Made by a program: the position numbers and the translations under genes. Shown piece by piece: positions 33,984-34,508 of a stretch of 34,508 nt of DNA. This DNA comes from Acidobacteriaceae bacterium (GTDB lineage Bacteria; Acidobacteriota; Terriglobia; Terriglobales; Acidobacteriaceae): assembly GCA_036511765.1 (NCBI GenBank), contig DATCBR010000042.1, positions 1 through 34,508 of the forward strand, given 5' to 3'. Numbering within the stretch: position 1 is the stretch's first letter; every line of letters begins with the position of its first letter. The notes under the pieces are model-generated. The model did no database searches. It worked only from the letters and a program-made list of their open reading frames with translations, and had not been told where the DNA came from.

Positions 33984-34508
33984 CTAAATCGAAATCTCCG
34001 CCGTCCTGCCCTGCCGTCCCAGCACTGCATCGAAGATCGCGCGCGACACAAACACCGACGTAAACAGATTCGCCAGCAGGCCGAAGATCAGCGTCACCGC
34101 AAATCCCTTCACCGGCCCCGTGCCGAACAGGAACAGGATCGCCGCCGAAACGATCGTCGTCACGTGCGTATCCACAATCGTCACCAGCGCGCCTGTCATG
34201 CCGAAGCCCTTGTCCACCGCGGCCGCCGGCGTCTTGCCCAGGCGCATCTCTTCGCGGATCCTCTCGAAGATCAGCACGTTCGAGTCCACGCCCATGCCAA
34301 TCGTCAGGATCACGCCCGCGATGCCCGGCAGCGTCAGCGTCCCATGCACAAAGCCCATACAGCCCAGCAGGATAATCAGGTTCAGCAGCAGCGCCAGCAC
34401 CGCATTCACGCCAGATCCCTTGTAGTAGATCAGCAGGAACACCATCACGGCCAGCGTGCCCGCCACCGCCGCCTTCACGCCCTGCCGGATCGACTCCGCG
34501 CCCAGGCT
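33984..34508 (-). CDS. secD: Protein translocase subunit SecD (C-terminal part, truncated by the window)
   Basis: LTLPGIAGVILTIGMGVDSNVLIFERIREE and GPVKGFAVTL. Confidence 0.95.
   Translation of the reverse strand, partial: SLGAESIRQGVKAAVAGTLAVMVFLLIYYKGSGVNAVLALLLNLIILLGCMGFVHGTLTLPGIAGVILTIGMGVDSNVLIFERIREEMRLGKTPAAAVDKGFGMTGALVTIVDTHVTTIVSAAILFLFGTGPVKGFAVTLIFGLLANLFTSVFVSRAIFDAVLGRQGRTAEISI

Overview
GC-rich bacterial chromosome segment. The gene content (VWA-domain proteins, Gly-rich TonB-dependent receptors, secDF-tonB-exbB-exbD cluster) is typical of Acidobacteriota; this taxonomy is an inference. Core genes: tRNA-Ser(TGA), NtrY/NtrX-like two-component pair, citrate synthase, VIT1/CCC1 transporter, RlmI-like methyltransferase, vapBC, two TonB-dependent receptors, tonB-exbB-exbD-exbD and secD/secF. 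Accessory and unannotated signals: (1) a complete 2.17-kb IS1-family cargo transposon (2474-4647) with perfect 16-bp terminal inverted repeats and a target duplication, carrying a small basic protein, a 2-TM cargo gene and a promoter-to-terminator candidate sRNA; (2) a 19-aa Lys/Ala peptide gene (MATKKAAKKAAKKTAKKKK) with its own promoter, RBS and terminator hairpin; (3) a 112-bp inverted-repeat element inserted in a third exbD copy; (4) a four-helix-bundle gene flanked by inverted heptamer arrays, plus heptamer arrays right after several stop codons; (5) REP-like repeats, one of them in frame inside rlmI; (6) a DUF2946/CruR-like CxxC-RPPP leader peptide upstream of a TonB-dependent receptor. 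Coordinates were counted by eye and no database searches were run.
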